From NCBI GenBank assembly GCA_964016885.1, contig OZ024746.1:23870001-23934000 (forward strand): DNA of 64,000 nt. Direction: 5' to 3'. Of this stretch, positions 13,740 through 27,409 are shown in pieces (position 1 is the first letter of the stretch; each line of letters starts with the position of its first letter). The notes beneath the pieces were generated by a model that was not told the origin of the DNA, searched no databases, and saw nothing but the letters and a program-made list of their open reading frames with translations. Made by a program: the position numbers and the translations under genes. This DNA is from Eledone cirrhosa (lineage: Eukaryota).

Positions 13740-14060
13740 TCTCCCAGGGGGTGCAGAGTCCTCAAACACTCCTTCCAGTGGGTCCTGTCAGAAGCAACTG
13801 TCTCCAATTGATCTGGCTGGATTCCCAAGTGAGACCAGATGAGCACATGGATATTATCCAACCATATTGCTCATGTTCTACCCCTGGGTCGCCTGCCAGT
13901 TGGTTTTGCCCATAAAATCTGTCCAGTGATTCTTTCTTGAGAGATTCTAACCATATGTCCGTAATATCAGAGCTGTGATTTCTCAGTTCAGAAAAGTAGC
14001 TCTCTACCTGGAGTGACTTTCTGATTTCTGAACTAAGCACTCTATCGAGTAATGTTACTC
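13740..14060 (-). mobile_element. Decayed RTE (Rex3/Expander-like) LINE 3' fragment
   Basis: Minus strand reads TLLDRVLSSEIRKSLQVE; homologous to 36110-36200. Confidence 0.65.
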
Positions 14061-16103
14061 AATTAACCCAATACATGATTTGAGTGAAATTTGTCTGCTA
14101 TTTCTAGTCTGTTAAGCGACCATATAGCAGCTCCATTTTGTCTCGTATGTCTTCAGTTATGTTAGACAGTGGCTGTCAGAGCAAGGAAACAAATCAATAA
14201 AGTTTAGTATGTCAGCCATAGGTTTATTGTATTCTTCTGTGTGTGTGTTGAAACCAAAGTTTTTCTTCCTCTGTAATGTTTTTGGAGAGGTGATTGTTGT
14301 TCTTCCTTCTCCAAGACAAAATCAATCAAAGAAATACATAAGTAAGAAAAGAATTCAGTCAATATTTCATAAGACTTTAAATATAATATTGAGGGGAAAG
14401 GAGAAAAGTTTCATTATTTTTTTTTATATTTAAAGCGATTTCATTTTTAACATAACATATTTATATTTTCTATGTAATGGATTAATAGAGCTGTTAGAAT
14501 GTTAAACAAGTTTCTCCATCTTTAGCCATTTCTTTCTTGGTCTTCCAATTCTTCTACTCCCTTCCACATTCATGTCTATCATTTATCATTCCTCTCACCC
14601 AATCACTTCCAATCTACCTCAACACATGCCCCTACAGCTGACTGTAAAATGCTGCCTAACTCATGCCAGCACAGAAAAACAGATATAAAATTGATGAAAA
14701 CAAACATAATTTTGCACCTTTTTCTTCAGGTACAAAACATCCTCATCATCATTATTTTACGTTCGCACAAAAAGCACCCAGCACACACTGTAAATGTGGT
14801 TGGCATTAGGAAGGGCATCCAGCCATAGAAACCAAGCCAGAAACAGTTCTGTGTGAGCAAGACACAGTTACCTGACCCAACTTACCTCAAACAGGACAAC
14901 CCGTTTAATCTATGTTTGAGTGGGAAAATGGACATTAAACAATGATGATGTTGATGATGAAGACAATAGGCATCTGTAGAGTTTCTGCCTTTGCCCAAGG
15001 GATTGAACCCCAAACTATACACTGGTAAAACAAACTTCTCAACAACACAACCAGCCATCCCTGTGTTTAAAATGACAACTGCAGAAATATAATTAAACAG
15101 AGATTCACCAACCTATGCAAGTGTTGAAAAACAGACATAAATATGATGATGATGATAATGATGTACTAATTATTTATACACGTGTGAAATACTTAAATAC
15201 TTGCCAAATACTGTCAGTTGGAATCATATGTAATGGGGATTATAGAAAAATGTCATAACATTTTATCAAAGGGTTGAGAGGTCAACCTCTCTATTGTTAG
15301 TGCCATGATAAAGTTGATAAAATCTATCAAGATATTTCTGTAAAGTGGTTGGTGATAGAAATGGCATGCCAAACAAAGGGTTGAGCAGACTGTTAGTTGA
15401 ATATAGTGATTTCTTTAGTACTAGTGTCATGATAAAATGCATCCATTTGTATATATAGTTCAAATGTAAAGATAATTTATCTGTTCTTAATGCTTATCAA
15501 CATTATAATTTTTAATATTGTTTTGTTTTTATTTTTGTTTTGTTTAATGTTCTGATAGCCATTATTGTTTTACTATCATGACGTTGGTGGTTGTGGTGGT
15601 AGGAATGGGTGTTGTGATGCCACCACTAAACCCAACAAGGCTGCCACAGAGAGTACAGAACTCTGAGAGATGCATTACTGAAACTTAAAGGATCAGTTTT
15701 AAACAAATTTATATAATCAATATCTTGCGATCAATAAATAAATTGCTAAACATCTTTTCTGCATAGCAATATTGTGGAAATATCCAAGTGGTGTAAATGG
15801 TCATATAATGTTATAACCTGTAACAAGATTTAATGGGGGTGTATGTGGACTGTGTAGTAGAAAATGCAAGCTAGTAAGTTTTTTTAGTGAAATCAGATCA
15901 AGAAGTATTAAAAGCTAAATTCTTCAGCTTACCAAACTGTAAGTTGAAATTATTTTATTTGAGAGAATGGGCTGCATAACTGGAAGAAGTGGGTACACAT
16001 TGTAGAGTTGGCCTTGGGCAGCAAGGTGCTGGCTCTATTTTATTTATTAATGGGTTTTTTGGATCCAGCTGAAATACAATATATTTTTAATTTGAATTTA
16101 TAG

Positions 16104-16209
16104 GTACCAAGTGAAAACAGCAACAACAACAACGTGCACCCTACAACTAATATAAATAGAAGTCTGCATCATCGCCAGAACTCTCCCTTTAAACGACATT
16201 CCTACCCTG
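16104..16209 (+). CDS. ESPN: Espin-like gene, internal exon (linker)
   Basis: tttatAG acceptor; VPSENSNNNNVHPTTNINRSLHHRQNSPFKRHSYP+G; consensus GTAAGT donor; phase 0 in and phase 1 out fit both neighbouring exons. Confidence 0.75.
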
Positions 16210-17105
16210 GTAAGTATACATTTTCTTCTATGGATTATTTTCTTGTTTATAGTTTATTCAAGGTGGGAAGAGCTGCTGCCATAGCACCTTTATTTTTTCA
16301 GGGAATCTGGGACTGGTATCCTCAAGCCAGAGAACTTGTAACAGGGCGGACTCTTGCTAAAGGGACCCAAGAGTCAGATGGTAGTGTTAAACTAGGCAGT
16401 GAAATAATTCCCCCACCCCCTTCCCTGCCACAGTTGGATTTGAACTCAGAATTCAAAGAATTGGAACAGATGCCACAGCATTCTAACAAATCTTTCAATC
16501 TAATGGTACTTTATTTTATCAAACCCTAAAATTACAAACAACTTTCTCTAACATCTTCAACCCCCCCCCCCCCCCCTTGACCACCAAAATGGCTTTTGTA
16601 AAACCAGATTTACAGGTGTCCTACTCTGCTGAATCACTCCCCAGTGTATGGAAATCCTTGAGGAATTTGGTGAAAAAAGTATTTTGTCCTCAATATCATA
16701 AAAGGTTTTGATTGTAATTTAAGTTACTGTAAAAATCTTCCTTATCATCATTATAGACATATTTTCCATGTTTGTCTTAGTTGGACAAATCATCACAGTC
16801 CAATACAGTCCAATATTAAACAGGTTGTAGAACCATATCTTGTTCATATGTTCCATATTGTAGCATGATTTCCATGACTCGGTACTTTACCTAACTCCAA
16901 CCACTAAAGTGTGTTTTATCTTGGCACAAGTACAACCACTTTACAGAGTGAAGCATGGTGAATTTTATCATGGAACCAGTTGTAAAGAGGTTGTCATGTA
17001 CTCAGCAAGACTGAAGAGTCTTCTCTACCCTGTATTATCTCTCTTCAATTGCCAACTCCTTTACAGAGTGTATTGGGTGCAATTTATCATTGTATTAATA
17101 CTAAG

Positions 17106-17330
17106 GGCAGTGGATTGGCAGTATTGGTAGAGGGTCGAACGCCACGCTTTTCAGCAAAGAGTTATGGTCCTTTATGATCTGAGTTCAAATCCCGCCGAGG
17201 TTAACTTTGCCTTTCATCCTTACGGGGTCGATAAAATAAAGTACCAGTCACGCACTGGGGTCGATTTTATCGACTTTCCCCTCCCCCCAAAATTGCTGGC
17301 CTTGTGCCTATATAAGAAACCATTATTACT
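17106..17330 (+). mobile_element. tRNA-derived SINE, Meta-like domain
   Basis: Same family as 9085, 35606 and 63035. Confidence 0.85.
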
Positions 17331-19573
17331 AAAGAGGTTATGTCCTTCATAAAACCAAATAGCCCTCTCTAACTTACCTTTTCTCAGTCTGTTTTCAACC
17401 ACTTTACAAGAGGTACTGAGCACATTCCATTGTGACACCAGTGACCTCTCCACTCTATGCAGTTTGCAATCTTTCTCCACATTTACTTTAACATCACAGT
17501 ACTAGTACTGGTTGGATTACAGAACATTTGAGTGAAATTACTTCTTAAATTTGTAATGTCATTTATAAAATGTAGGCCCTCAGATTTTTTTACCATATTT
17601 CTAATAATGGCAGTGCCTATGATTATTAAGCAATGGAATGACCAATGGACACAGTCTCCTTGGTCTAATCTGATAATCAGCAACTTTCCTTTATTTTATT
17701 ATTTTTAATACGTGAGAATGTTTGATATTTTGGACACAAATCCTTCAACTATTTATATTATCAAAAGTTCTCCCCTCATTTCATGTGAAAACCTTTGTTG
17801 AGTTATGCTCCAAGAACCAACTTAATGAATGTCTTCAAATTCTTGATTATTTTACTAAATGATTTAGCAGAAAATGTCTAAAAATAGGTTTGTTATTACA
17901 AATGTTTATAGTGTCTTTACTAGTTGATAGATCAGTGAACATTTGCAGTATTAGAGTAAATAATTTAACTTTTAATGTGATGTAGTCATAGTGCTATTTT
18001 GTACTTTTCAAGAATCTCTTACTCATACCATTTCATATGGTATAGGAGATTAAGAGTTTGATAGCTATATAAATAGGTAGAGTTTGATTGACAAGATCCT
18101 AGACCTCGTTCACTTACTGAGTGGAGTGGAATTCATCAGATCAGACCAAGGAAACAATATTTCTATTGGTCTTTCTATTACTGATACTATCTAGCAGTGG
18201 TGATTTGAAAATCAGTAGCAATGTCTTTCATTTGAAATATGGTAATGGAAGAGTTAATCAATGCAAGGCACTTTCATTTTTCTTTATTGAAAACTATTTT
18301 CTATTCTGCTACCTTCTCTGTGATGGTAAGAGAGCAGCAGCATTTATTTTTAGTTCTGGTTGTTTCCATAATTTGATTGCTAAATGACAGTCTACAACTT
18401 TGTAATTTTAATATAAACTTTTTAAAAGACCATATTATCTCTCTAATGGACATTTCCCATCAGTCTATAGTGGCTAACTGCAACATAAATGCAGGATAAT
18501 TAGTTTTAAATTTAGTTTAGTTTTTGTCTTTATTCACTAGAGTGTAAAAATGGAGAGACATGATGCCAAGCCAGCAATAGAAAGTTTTGTTTGGAGTTGA
18601 TAACGGCTATTCAGAGAATGTATAAAGGAGTTAGATAAAGAATTCTATTTTGCTTCCATAATTTTTTGGTTCCAATCAGTAGTTCTGTCATCAGGACTAG
18701 GCAGCCACCTCTCTCAGATAGGTGCATTCCAATCCAATCCAGGGCCTTCACACTCCTGTTGAAAGACCCCCTCCCCTCCCTGGTTAACCTCCACTACTTT
18801 GTTTGGTTTTAATCATGCCTTCAGGGATGAAGCCATACTCACCACACTTGGCTGCTGGGGGCTTACATACTGAATCTTAAAGAATAATAGTTTTATACAA
18901 ATTTGTATAATTAAACTAAATATGTAATAATTTCCCATGTTTAATAAATAAGTTACTAAACATCTTTGCCATGTAGCAGCATTGTTGAAATATCCAAAGC
19001 GATAGAGACTGTCATATAGGGGTATGACCTGAACATGATTCCGTGTGGATGAATATGGACCATGTAGTTGAAAATGCAGGCTTAGAAATGTTCTTAGTGT
19101 GGTCAGTGCAAGAAGTGTCACAAACTAGGCTTGTCAGCTAGCCAAACTATAATTCAAAACTATTTTATTGGGAAAAACGGCACATAATAAGTGGAAGGGA
19201 CTCACTAGCCTAGAATGCTAAATACCATGTATAACTAATGAGTTGACCAAAGCTAACATTTTATATATTTTTATGACAGTGATTTGACACAGAATAAAAC
19301 ACCTGTAGTATTTCTTCTAGCTCTCAACATTCTCAGTTCAAATCCCACAGTGAGATTGAACCTGAGACCACAAGCATATGAAAAAAACTGCTTAACCACA
19401 CAGCTATGCCTATTCCTATATCTATTAGTATTTATTAGTAGCATCAACTATCTATCATTATGTTTGCTGTCATTTATTAGTTATGTGGGTGGCTGTCATT
19501 TTGCCACAATAGAAAAAAATAATTGTTTGTTATTTTTCCTTTAACTGATATTCCATCACTGTAATGGATAAAC

Positions 19574-19613
<40 letters not shown>

Positions 19614-19857
19614 CTTGTCTCTCTTTTCCTCTCTTTACATTGCATTACTACCATGTTGTTTGTTTCCTTTCCTCTGTTTTCCTCTGTCCCGATAACTTAA
19701 TTTAGTTATCACTCGCACTGATTTTAAGTATCTAGTCTTTAATGCGAAGAAATACCAATGATAATCAGCAGACTACTGATGATGGACATTCTTGTTTCTC
19801 GGTCTATTTTTATTCATATGCTCATATTCGCAACAACGCAGCACGCCATTTTTCATT

Positions 19858-19930
<73 letters not shown>

Positions 19931-19933
<3 letters not shown>

Positions 19934-20332
19934 CACATGGCTTAGTGGTTAGAGAATTGGGCTTGCAATTGAAACGTTGTGAGTTCAATTCTCAGACCGG
20001 GTGATGTGTTGTTTCCTTGAGCAAAACACTTTATTTCACATTGCTCCAGTTTACTCAGCTGTAGAAATGAGATGATAGGACTGGGGTCTCTATCGTTCCA
20101 CTGCAAAGTGGTTGTGGAGGTGCCACGGCAAAAAAGCACCCAGCCCACATTGTAAAGTGGACGTTTAGGTGCCACAGAAAAAAGCACCCAGCACTCACTG
20201 TAAATGAGGTTGGTGTTAGGAAGGGGATCCAGCTGTAGAAATCAAGCCAGAATCAGTTCCCGTATGAGCAAGACATTGTCAGCCGACCATGCTAGCGTGG
20301 AAGAATGGACGTAAAACGGTGATGATAATGAT
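19931..20332 (+). mobile_element. Full-length tRNA/CORE-like SINE with RTE family-B 3' tail
   Basis: A-box tggcttagtgg, B-box gttcaattc, tccttgagcaaaacacttt domain, then ~230 nt matching the LINE-B 3'UTR and (GAT)n. Confidence 0.88.
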
Positions 20333-20406
20333 ATATAAAGGTGATTCAATAGATTTGTGGTTTACTGAGGCAGGTACAAACATAGCTCTCTATGCTATAG
20401 CAGAGT

Positions 20407-20637
20407 GTATATATTAAGAAGAAAAAGAGGTTTCACATTGAGGTTTTTATTGATTAGGGTCGGTTATGAACATTTCACAAATGGGTAGCTCAGGATCTAT
20501 ATTAGTGTTATAGATTAGTGCTGGAGTCAGATCTATAACACAAATATGGACCTTGAGTCACCCATCTGTAAAAGATTTGTAACTGAGCCTAATCAATAGA
20601 AAACTCAATATAAAACCTCGTTTTATTCTTTATATAT
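20407..20637. mobile_element. Fold-back MITE-like palindrome (~105-bp diverged arms)
   Basis: gaggtttcacattgagg...tattgattagg...gtgttataga versus tctataacac...cctaatcaata...ctcaatataaaacctc; TA-rich flanks. Confidence 0.7.
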
Positions 20638-20868
20638 ATGTTATATCTGTATACATACAGAGTGGGTAACTGAGACTGCACCAATCTGTATACCCATTTT
20701 TAATATGTAGGCATGTAAACATGCCAGAAAATACGAATTTCCTTGTAAAAATTTTTTTTAAATGATAAACATCTTTGATCACTGTTCGGACTTAATTGGG
20801 CCCTTATTAGAAGGCATGTATATCATCCCAAAAGCCCCAAGGAAACACGTGTGTGTGTATATATATAT

Positions 20869-21647
20869 GAACAGCAATGTTGCATGGTAGTGAGACCTGG
20901 GCATTGTGTGCAGAGGATATACGCAGACTAGAGAGGAACGAAGCTTGCATGCTCCGCTGGATGTGTAACAGTAATATACGTGAACGGCAAAGCATAAACG
21001 AACTAAGGAAAAAATTAGAGATAAGAGGGATCAGATGTTGTTTACTCGAGAGAAGGCTGCGTTGGTATGGACACGTGATGCGCATGAAAGTCGATAGCTG
21101 TATAACAAAGTGCAGGGCAATAAAGATAGACGGTAGCCACGGAATAGGCAGACCTAGAAAAACATGGGATGAGCTGATAAACTCCGACCTCACACACTTA
21201 CACCTCTCCAAGACAATGTCACTGGACCGAGACCTTTGGCGGTACTCAGTAACAGAGAAGACCCGCCTTGCCAGTAGGCATCTCTAACAAAATACACCCC
21301 GTCCCGCCACCACCCCCACCCCATCCACACCACCCCGTTCTATGTAAAGTTATGTTGGTGCCGCGCCATCGAAGGCCGAAACAAATGAGATCGTGTAGGT
21401 GTCACGACAAAAAAAACACACAGTCCACGCTGTAATGTGGCCGTGTAGGCAACACGGTAAAAACCTCCCAAACCCACACTGTAAATGTGGTTGGTGTTAG
21501 GAAGGGCATCCAACTGTAGAAAACCTGCCAGACAGTCCTATGCGAGCAAGACAATCACTCTTGCCTCAAGTGGGACTACCCCCGTCCAAACCCATGCAAG
21601 CATGGAATATGGACGTTAAACGTTGATGATGATGATGATGATGATGA
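20869..21647 (+). mobile_element. 5'-truncated RTE LINE, family A
   Basis: MLHGSETW...[11 protein letters not shown]...GRPRKTW, highly similar to 1189-2102; (GAT)n tail. Confidence 0.92.
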
Positions 21648-21701
21648 TATATAAAAGCAGGGAAAAGCGGACGTATGATGATGATATACATATATATACA
21701 T

Positions 21702-21762
<61 letters not shown>

Positions 21763-21768
21763 CGCACG

Positions 21769-21817
<49 letters not shown>

Positions 21818-22191
21818 ATACATACATACATATATACATATATACATATATACATATATACATATATACATATATACATATATAAATAAATAAAAGCCAT
21901 TAGCAGAGAAGGATGGACTGGCAAAATGACTTTCTTCTCTGAAGAACCACATATGTGAAAATTAACTTTTCTTCCTCTCTTTATATTTTATTTGTTATCA
22001 TTATTTTCACTATTTATACAAATATTCTATCCACAATTGACAATGCATTTAATGCTGAAACCGGTATTGTAAATAATAATAAATTAATGCTTTCAAATTT
22101 TACTAAAATATCTCTTCAATATTTTCTACAGAAAAAAATCTTTTTCCTTTCTACTATTTGTTTTTATGTATGTATGTATGTATGTATGTAT

Positions 22192-22596
22192 GAGATGACC
22201 CCTTAGCCTTTGTTAAGGCAGAATTCTAGGAGAAGGAAAACTCTGATATAACACCTGCAACCCTGATGATATCCAATGATGTTGACTTGTTCTTCTTTTT
22301 GGTGAATATCATCTTGGTTAATAGAGTGGGACTGGCTTTGTGCAGTGCCTTTGCTCACTATAAAAGCTTCACGGCACAGACATTGCTTTATATATGGAGA
22401 TCTCTCTGCACTTGTCGTCACATGGTACCATGGGCCCAGCACTATGTGTCAATATTTGTCACAAGTGTAGTGTTTGTACCAGAGCTTTCAAGTTGCTGGC
22501 TGGACTAAAAAGTCACACTCGTTCAGCGCATCGGTAGGGGTTCTCCTACATGGATATAAAGTAGTGGCAGTACTCGAAAACGAGTTGGCAGCCACC
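22192..22596 (+). mobile_element. 5'-truncated copy of element X (~405 bp) inside (TATG)n
   Basis: Colinear with ~46780-47183. Confidence 0.88.
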
Positions 22597-22928
22597 ATGT
22601 ATGTATGTATGTATAAATTCATAAAGTTATGCCTCTAATACTTAAACATCTCAATGAAAGGATAAGATATATATATATAATATGTAGATTCCTGAGACAA
22701 GCTTGCATATTGTAGCATATCTGAGGATCTTTCGATTCTAGAGTCAGGTTCGATCAATAATAGATCATCCCTTGAGCTGATCAACTGTCAAACATATGTA
22801 ATATGTAATTAAATATGTTATGATGCAATACTGATTCTTGGTTCCTTTCTTCTAATACTATTCATACTCTGCTCTACAAGAGCATCAAGTGCTCGCCTAG
22901 GCATGCAATTAACTTGCCCCTTAACACC

Positions 22929-22982
<54 letters not shown>

Positions 22983-23097
22983 ATGGCCAACTGAATATGC
23001 ATGTTTTTTTTATTTTCTCCCTAACTTTTTTCTTATTTTCGCCATTCCTTCCTTTAACCACTCTTTTCTTTCTATTTATCTTCTATTTCTTACTCTA

Positions 23098-23134
23098 TCT
23101 TCAGATGAAGGAGTAGTGTCCGAAACGTTAAGAC
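23098..23134 (+). ncRNA. Degenerate minimal type I hammerhead motif in a Penelope-like pLTR remnant (~22981-23227)
   Basis: tctt-cagatga-a-gga gtagtg tcc-gaaacgtt-aagac; the core has U4A; palindromic stem III aacgtt. Confidence 0.65.
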
Positions 23135-23226
23135 TTTCTTCGTGTTATTTCAAGCGTTAATTTAATATATTTTTCCATGAACTGTGCCATTTGTTTTGTT
23201 ATTTTTGTTATTTCTGTTTACCTTTT

Positions 23227-23257
<31 letters not shown>

Positions 23258-23263
23258 TGCACG

Positions 23264-23345
<82 letters not shown>

Positions 23346-24012
23346 TACATATTTACATACATACATGCATCATCATCACTGATTAATGTCAATTTTGTAT
23401 GCTTGCATGGTGTGTGTGTGTAACAACAACAACCAAATGTAAGGTAGAAAATTTTATGTCCATTAAGCTCTTCTCTCAATAATGTAAAATGACACCAGGT
23501 AGCTTTGTTAAAACAATTATATCTGGAATAATTATTTAATTATCCACTCTTCTTTCTGCTGTCTTTCTAAATAAACCAAAATGATTCTCATTATCAGGAC
23601 ACAAAATATTTATTTTGCTCTTCTACTAAAATATCTCAGTGCAATGTAAATTCATTTTACACTGACCACTTGCTAATAATTTTGCACTTAACCCACTTTT
23701 CTACCTGTTTATCTCACTATCTCTCATGCTCTCCCTATCTCTCTCTTTCTCTGTCTCTCTCTCTCTTTCTCTCTCTTGCTCCCCCTCTCTCTCCTTCTCT
23801 CTCTTGTTGTCCCCCCCCCCTCTCTCCCTTGTTGAACCTCCGTCAGTTTCAATGGATCAGCCTGCTCATTAAATAAATGCACTAGTGACTGAGCATATAA
23901 CAACAAACACATGTATCCTTAACACAGTTCTCAGGGAGATTCGGCATACTATCATGTATGACAAGGCTGGCCCTCTAAACTCAAGAATTTCTGTATGCCA
24001 CTGTTGTAACTG

Positions 24013-24049
<37 letters not shown>

Positions 24050-24346
24050 TGACAAAAAGCACAGTCAACCCTGTATGTTGATCCAATACCTCTACAAAAA
24101 CACTGTCCATCCTGTAAGCTGGTTGTATTGTTGACATGAGCAAAAGTTCCTAGTCCTCCCTGTAAGGAGGTTGTAGTGCCCAGTCCACACTATAACATGG
24201 TTGGTGTTAGGATGGGCATCCATCCAAATAAATCAAGCCAAAATACAGATCTGTATCAACATGATGTGATCTCTGGACCTGACTTATCTCATAATGTAAC
24301 AACCTTTCTAACCTATGCAAGTGTGAAAAAATGAACATTAAATTAT

Positions 24347-24656
24347 AATCATCATCATCATCATCATTTTAAGTCCGCTTTTCCCTGCTTGCAAGGGTGG
24401 GATGGGAGACTGATACTGGCTTGATTTCTACAGCTGGATGCCCTTCCTAACACCAACCTCATTTACAGTGAGTGGTGGGTGCTGTTTTGCTGTGGCACCT
24501 CCACGACCACTTTGCATTTCTACAGCTGAGTAAACTGGAACAATGTGAAATAAAGTGTCTTGTTCAAGGAAACAACACATCACCCATTTCGAGAATTGAA
24601 CTCACAGCCTTTCGATTGCAAGGCCAATGCTCTAACTACTAAGCCATATGCCTCCA
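24347..24656 (-). mobile_element. tRNA/CORE-like SINE with RTE tail (minus strand)
   Basis: Reverse complement of the 19931 family; (ATC)n at the left end. Confidence 0.85.
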
Positions 24657-24679
24657 TATGCTTATATATATATATATAT

Positions 24680-24968
24680 TGAGTTCAATTCTCAAACCGG
24701 GTGATGTGTTGTTTCCTTGAGCAAGACACTTTATTTCACATTGCTCCAGTTTACTCAGCTGTAGAAATGAGATGATAGGGACTGGGGTCTATATCATTCC
24801 ACTGCAAAGTGGTCGTGGAGGTGCCACGGCAAAAAAAGCACCCAGCACTCACTGTAAATGAGGTTGGTGTTAGGAAGGGCATCCAGCTGTAGAAATCAAG
24901 CCAGAATCAGTTCCCGTCCCACCCTTGCAAGCAGGGAAAAAGTGGACGTAAAATGAAATGAATGATGA

Positions 24969-24972
<4 letters not shown>
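24680..24972 (+). mobile_element. 5'-truncated SINE of the same family, inverted relative to 24347-24656
   Basis: Starts at the B-box gagttcaattc and ends in (GAT)n. Confidence 0.85.
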
Positions 24973-25018
<46 letters not shown>

Positions 25019-25359
25019 GCATGTATTCCTAAGAAGCAAAAATTTAGAATTTATATGGATTTAGTAATATAACTAACTGCTCATTATTAAGTTTATGTAC
25101 ATAACAAGATTGTCTTACACAAAATTATGATCCAAGATTTAGATTGAAATATGAACACTTTAAAACAAAAGGCTTTGTATCATAGTAGCACAAGCAGTTT
25201 CAGGCAGTTTGATATGAATGGTTTAATTATTTAGCCATTTCTTTCAGTTTCACAGTTTACTAGACACATTATCACAGTAATGAAATTAATATTTTCAAAT
25301 AATATAAATTGATAATGGTATAAACTTTTTTTTTTAATCTGTCATATTTTGTTTTGAAA

Positions 25360-25550
25360 AAGATAGTATCACTGTGTGAATCTACTGTCCCTCAATTATA
25401 CACCATTCCATTTGACAGGGATGGTATCACTGTGTGAGGCTATTGTTCCTCAAATATATATTCCATTTGAAAGAGATAGTATATCACTTTATGAGGTTAC
25501 TGCCCCTCAAAGGGATTGCATCACTGTCTGAATCTATTGTCCCTCAAATA
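25360..25550. repeat. Degenerate ~55-60-bp tandem repeat, about 4 units
   Basis: Recurrent gtatcactgtgtga..ctattgtccctcaa. Confidence 0.65.
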
Positions 25551-25935
25551 TCCAACATTTCCTTTATTTTCATGACATACTGTTGATAACAATACATTAA
25601 AGGTTCAACTATTCATCCTATAAATAGACAATTTGTAGCTGTAATTTTTATGTTTTAATTTTTTATATTATTTAATGAGTCGATATGTGAAGTTTAAATC
25701 AATTTCAATTTATATGAATCCCAAATTAAATAAATTTTGAAAGCAAAGAAAAAAATCAATATTCTTAATGTAAACTTTAATTGGATTACATTATTAATTA
25801 TCAATATTGATGGAATATTCCCACAGCTCTTCATTATTATGTCATATTGTCATTTGTAATATATTCTAAATTAACTTGTTTATTGACTGTCACATTTTCA
25901 ATGTCTAACTAATACATTGTATTTCTCTCTGTCAG

Positions 25936-26986
25936 TTGCAGATCACATCAAACAATCATCAATACCACCCCCACCTCCTCCACCAGCAGCCAGTTCTTAC
26001 TGGAAGACATCTTCATCTCGCTCCAACCGTCACTCAACCTGTGTAAGTTTCAACTCCACCTCCTCACCTTCTGCATCACCCCACAATTCTGCCTCTTTCA
26101 ATTTCGGAGCCAGCTTGCCAGCACACACGATTTCATTACCAGCTTCTGCAGTGAGAATTTTGCCTCCACTAACAACAAACATTATACCGCCAACACCTCC
26201 CCCGCCACCTACTCCACCTGCCCCATTCAGTTTCCCGTATTTGACAGAGAAGTCTGCAGCCTCTGGAGTATCTAACAGTAACCAACCATCGACATCAAGT
26301 AGCATAAATGCTGCTGAAGACGACAAACAAGATGCAGACCATTGTTCCACTGTTCCAGGTAAAAAAATGAATCCTTCACAGGTCCTTCCATCTTCTGACT
26401 ATCGTAGCCGTCCAATAGAAGGTTCTGAAGACTTCTATTCCTGGTCTAGTAAAGGAGATTACAGTGGACGTTCGTCTATTGAGAAAATACAAATAAGCAA
26501 AAAGTTTGCTCGAAAAATGGATCCTGTGCAAATTAGTAAAATCAACAACAACTACACCACCTCCATCCAAGTAGGTTCCAAGAAACTGTCTGAAGCGAAT
26601 GCTGAAAGGCTGCCTAGTCACTTTGATAAAGAAGAGGAGGAGATTGCTCAAATGACTTCGGACATGCCCAAATACTTACACTTAACTAATCCCAACAGAG
26701 AAATGGGATGTTCTCCTTCGCCACCACCTCCACCGCCACCGCCACCCCAGTCACTCATAGAAGAGCTGGAGAAGAGCTTTTCGTCATCGCAGGACACCGA
26801 CAGCTTGTCTATGCAAAGTGATACTGATGACCTACCTCCACCGCCACCACCGCCGCCGCCACCGCCGCCACCTCCACCTCCGTTGCCTCCTCCACCTCTC
26901 TTTCAACATTCTTTACCATCATCATCCTCTCCCATGTCTGCTGCTTGTGAAGTTAACAGAACTGCTCCATCATTGTCCAAATCAAG
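25936..26986 (+). CDS. ESPN: Espin-like gene, large proline-rich exon
   Basis: Acceptor tctctctgtcAG (alternative AG at 25940-25941, same phase 1); ~350 aa with four polyproline tracts; donor AG|GTAGAT, phase 2, just before the in-frame TAG. Confidence 0.85.
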
Positions 26987-27129
26987 GTAGATATATTAAT
27001 TACCTTTCAATTTCTGGCTTTTTTTAAACAATCTTGTTTTTCCTATTTTGCTTTCAACTAACATATATTGTAAAACCTCAACAGACATGTTTCTTCCTTA
27101 ACTCTTTTTATCCCTCTGCCATTTATTTG

Positions 27130-27330
27130 TATTTTACTGTTTTAGGTTGGATTATACAATATTTTGGGGTGTTTTACTGTTTCAGGTGGGGGTTTTACAA
27201 TATTTTGGGGTATTTTACTGTTTCAGGTGGGAGTTATACAATATTTTGGGGTATTTTACTGTCTTTCAGGCTGGGTTATACAATATTTTGGGATATTTTA
27301 CTGTCTTCTAGGCTGGGGTTATATGTTATT
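27130..27330. repeat. ~40-bp minisatellite, about 5 units
   Basis: Unit ttatacaatattttggggtattttactgtttcaggtggg. Confidence 0.85.
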
Positions 27331-27409
27331 CTTTGTATTTTGTTATAAAATTGTTAAAAATAAAATGAGATATTTTGACTAAATTTCCTGTATTTCCTTT
27401 GTTTGGATC

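Noticed and set aside
19775-19805. ctgatga hammerhead-like start
   Set aside because: No downstream GAAA and no closing stems.
19931-20000. Possible tRNA genes at SINE heads (also 9085, 17106, 35606, 52311)
   Set aside because: A/B boxes are present, but they continue into SINE bodies and I could not build full cloverleaves.
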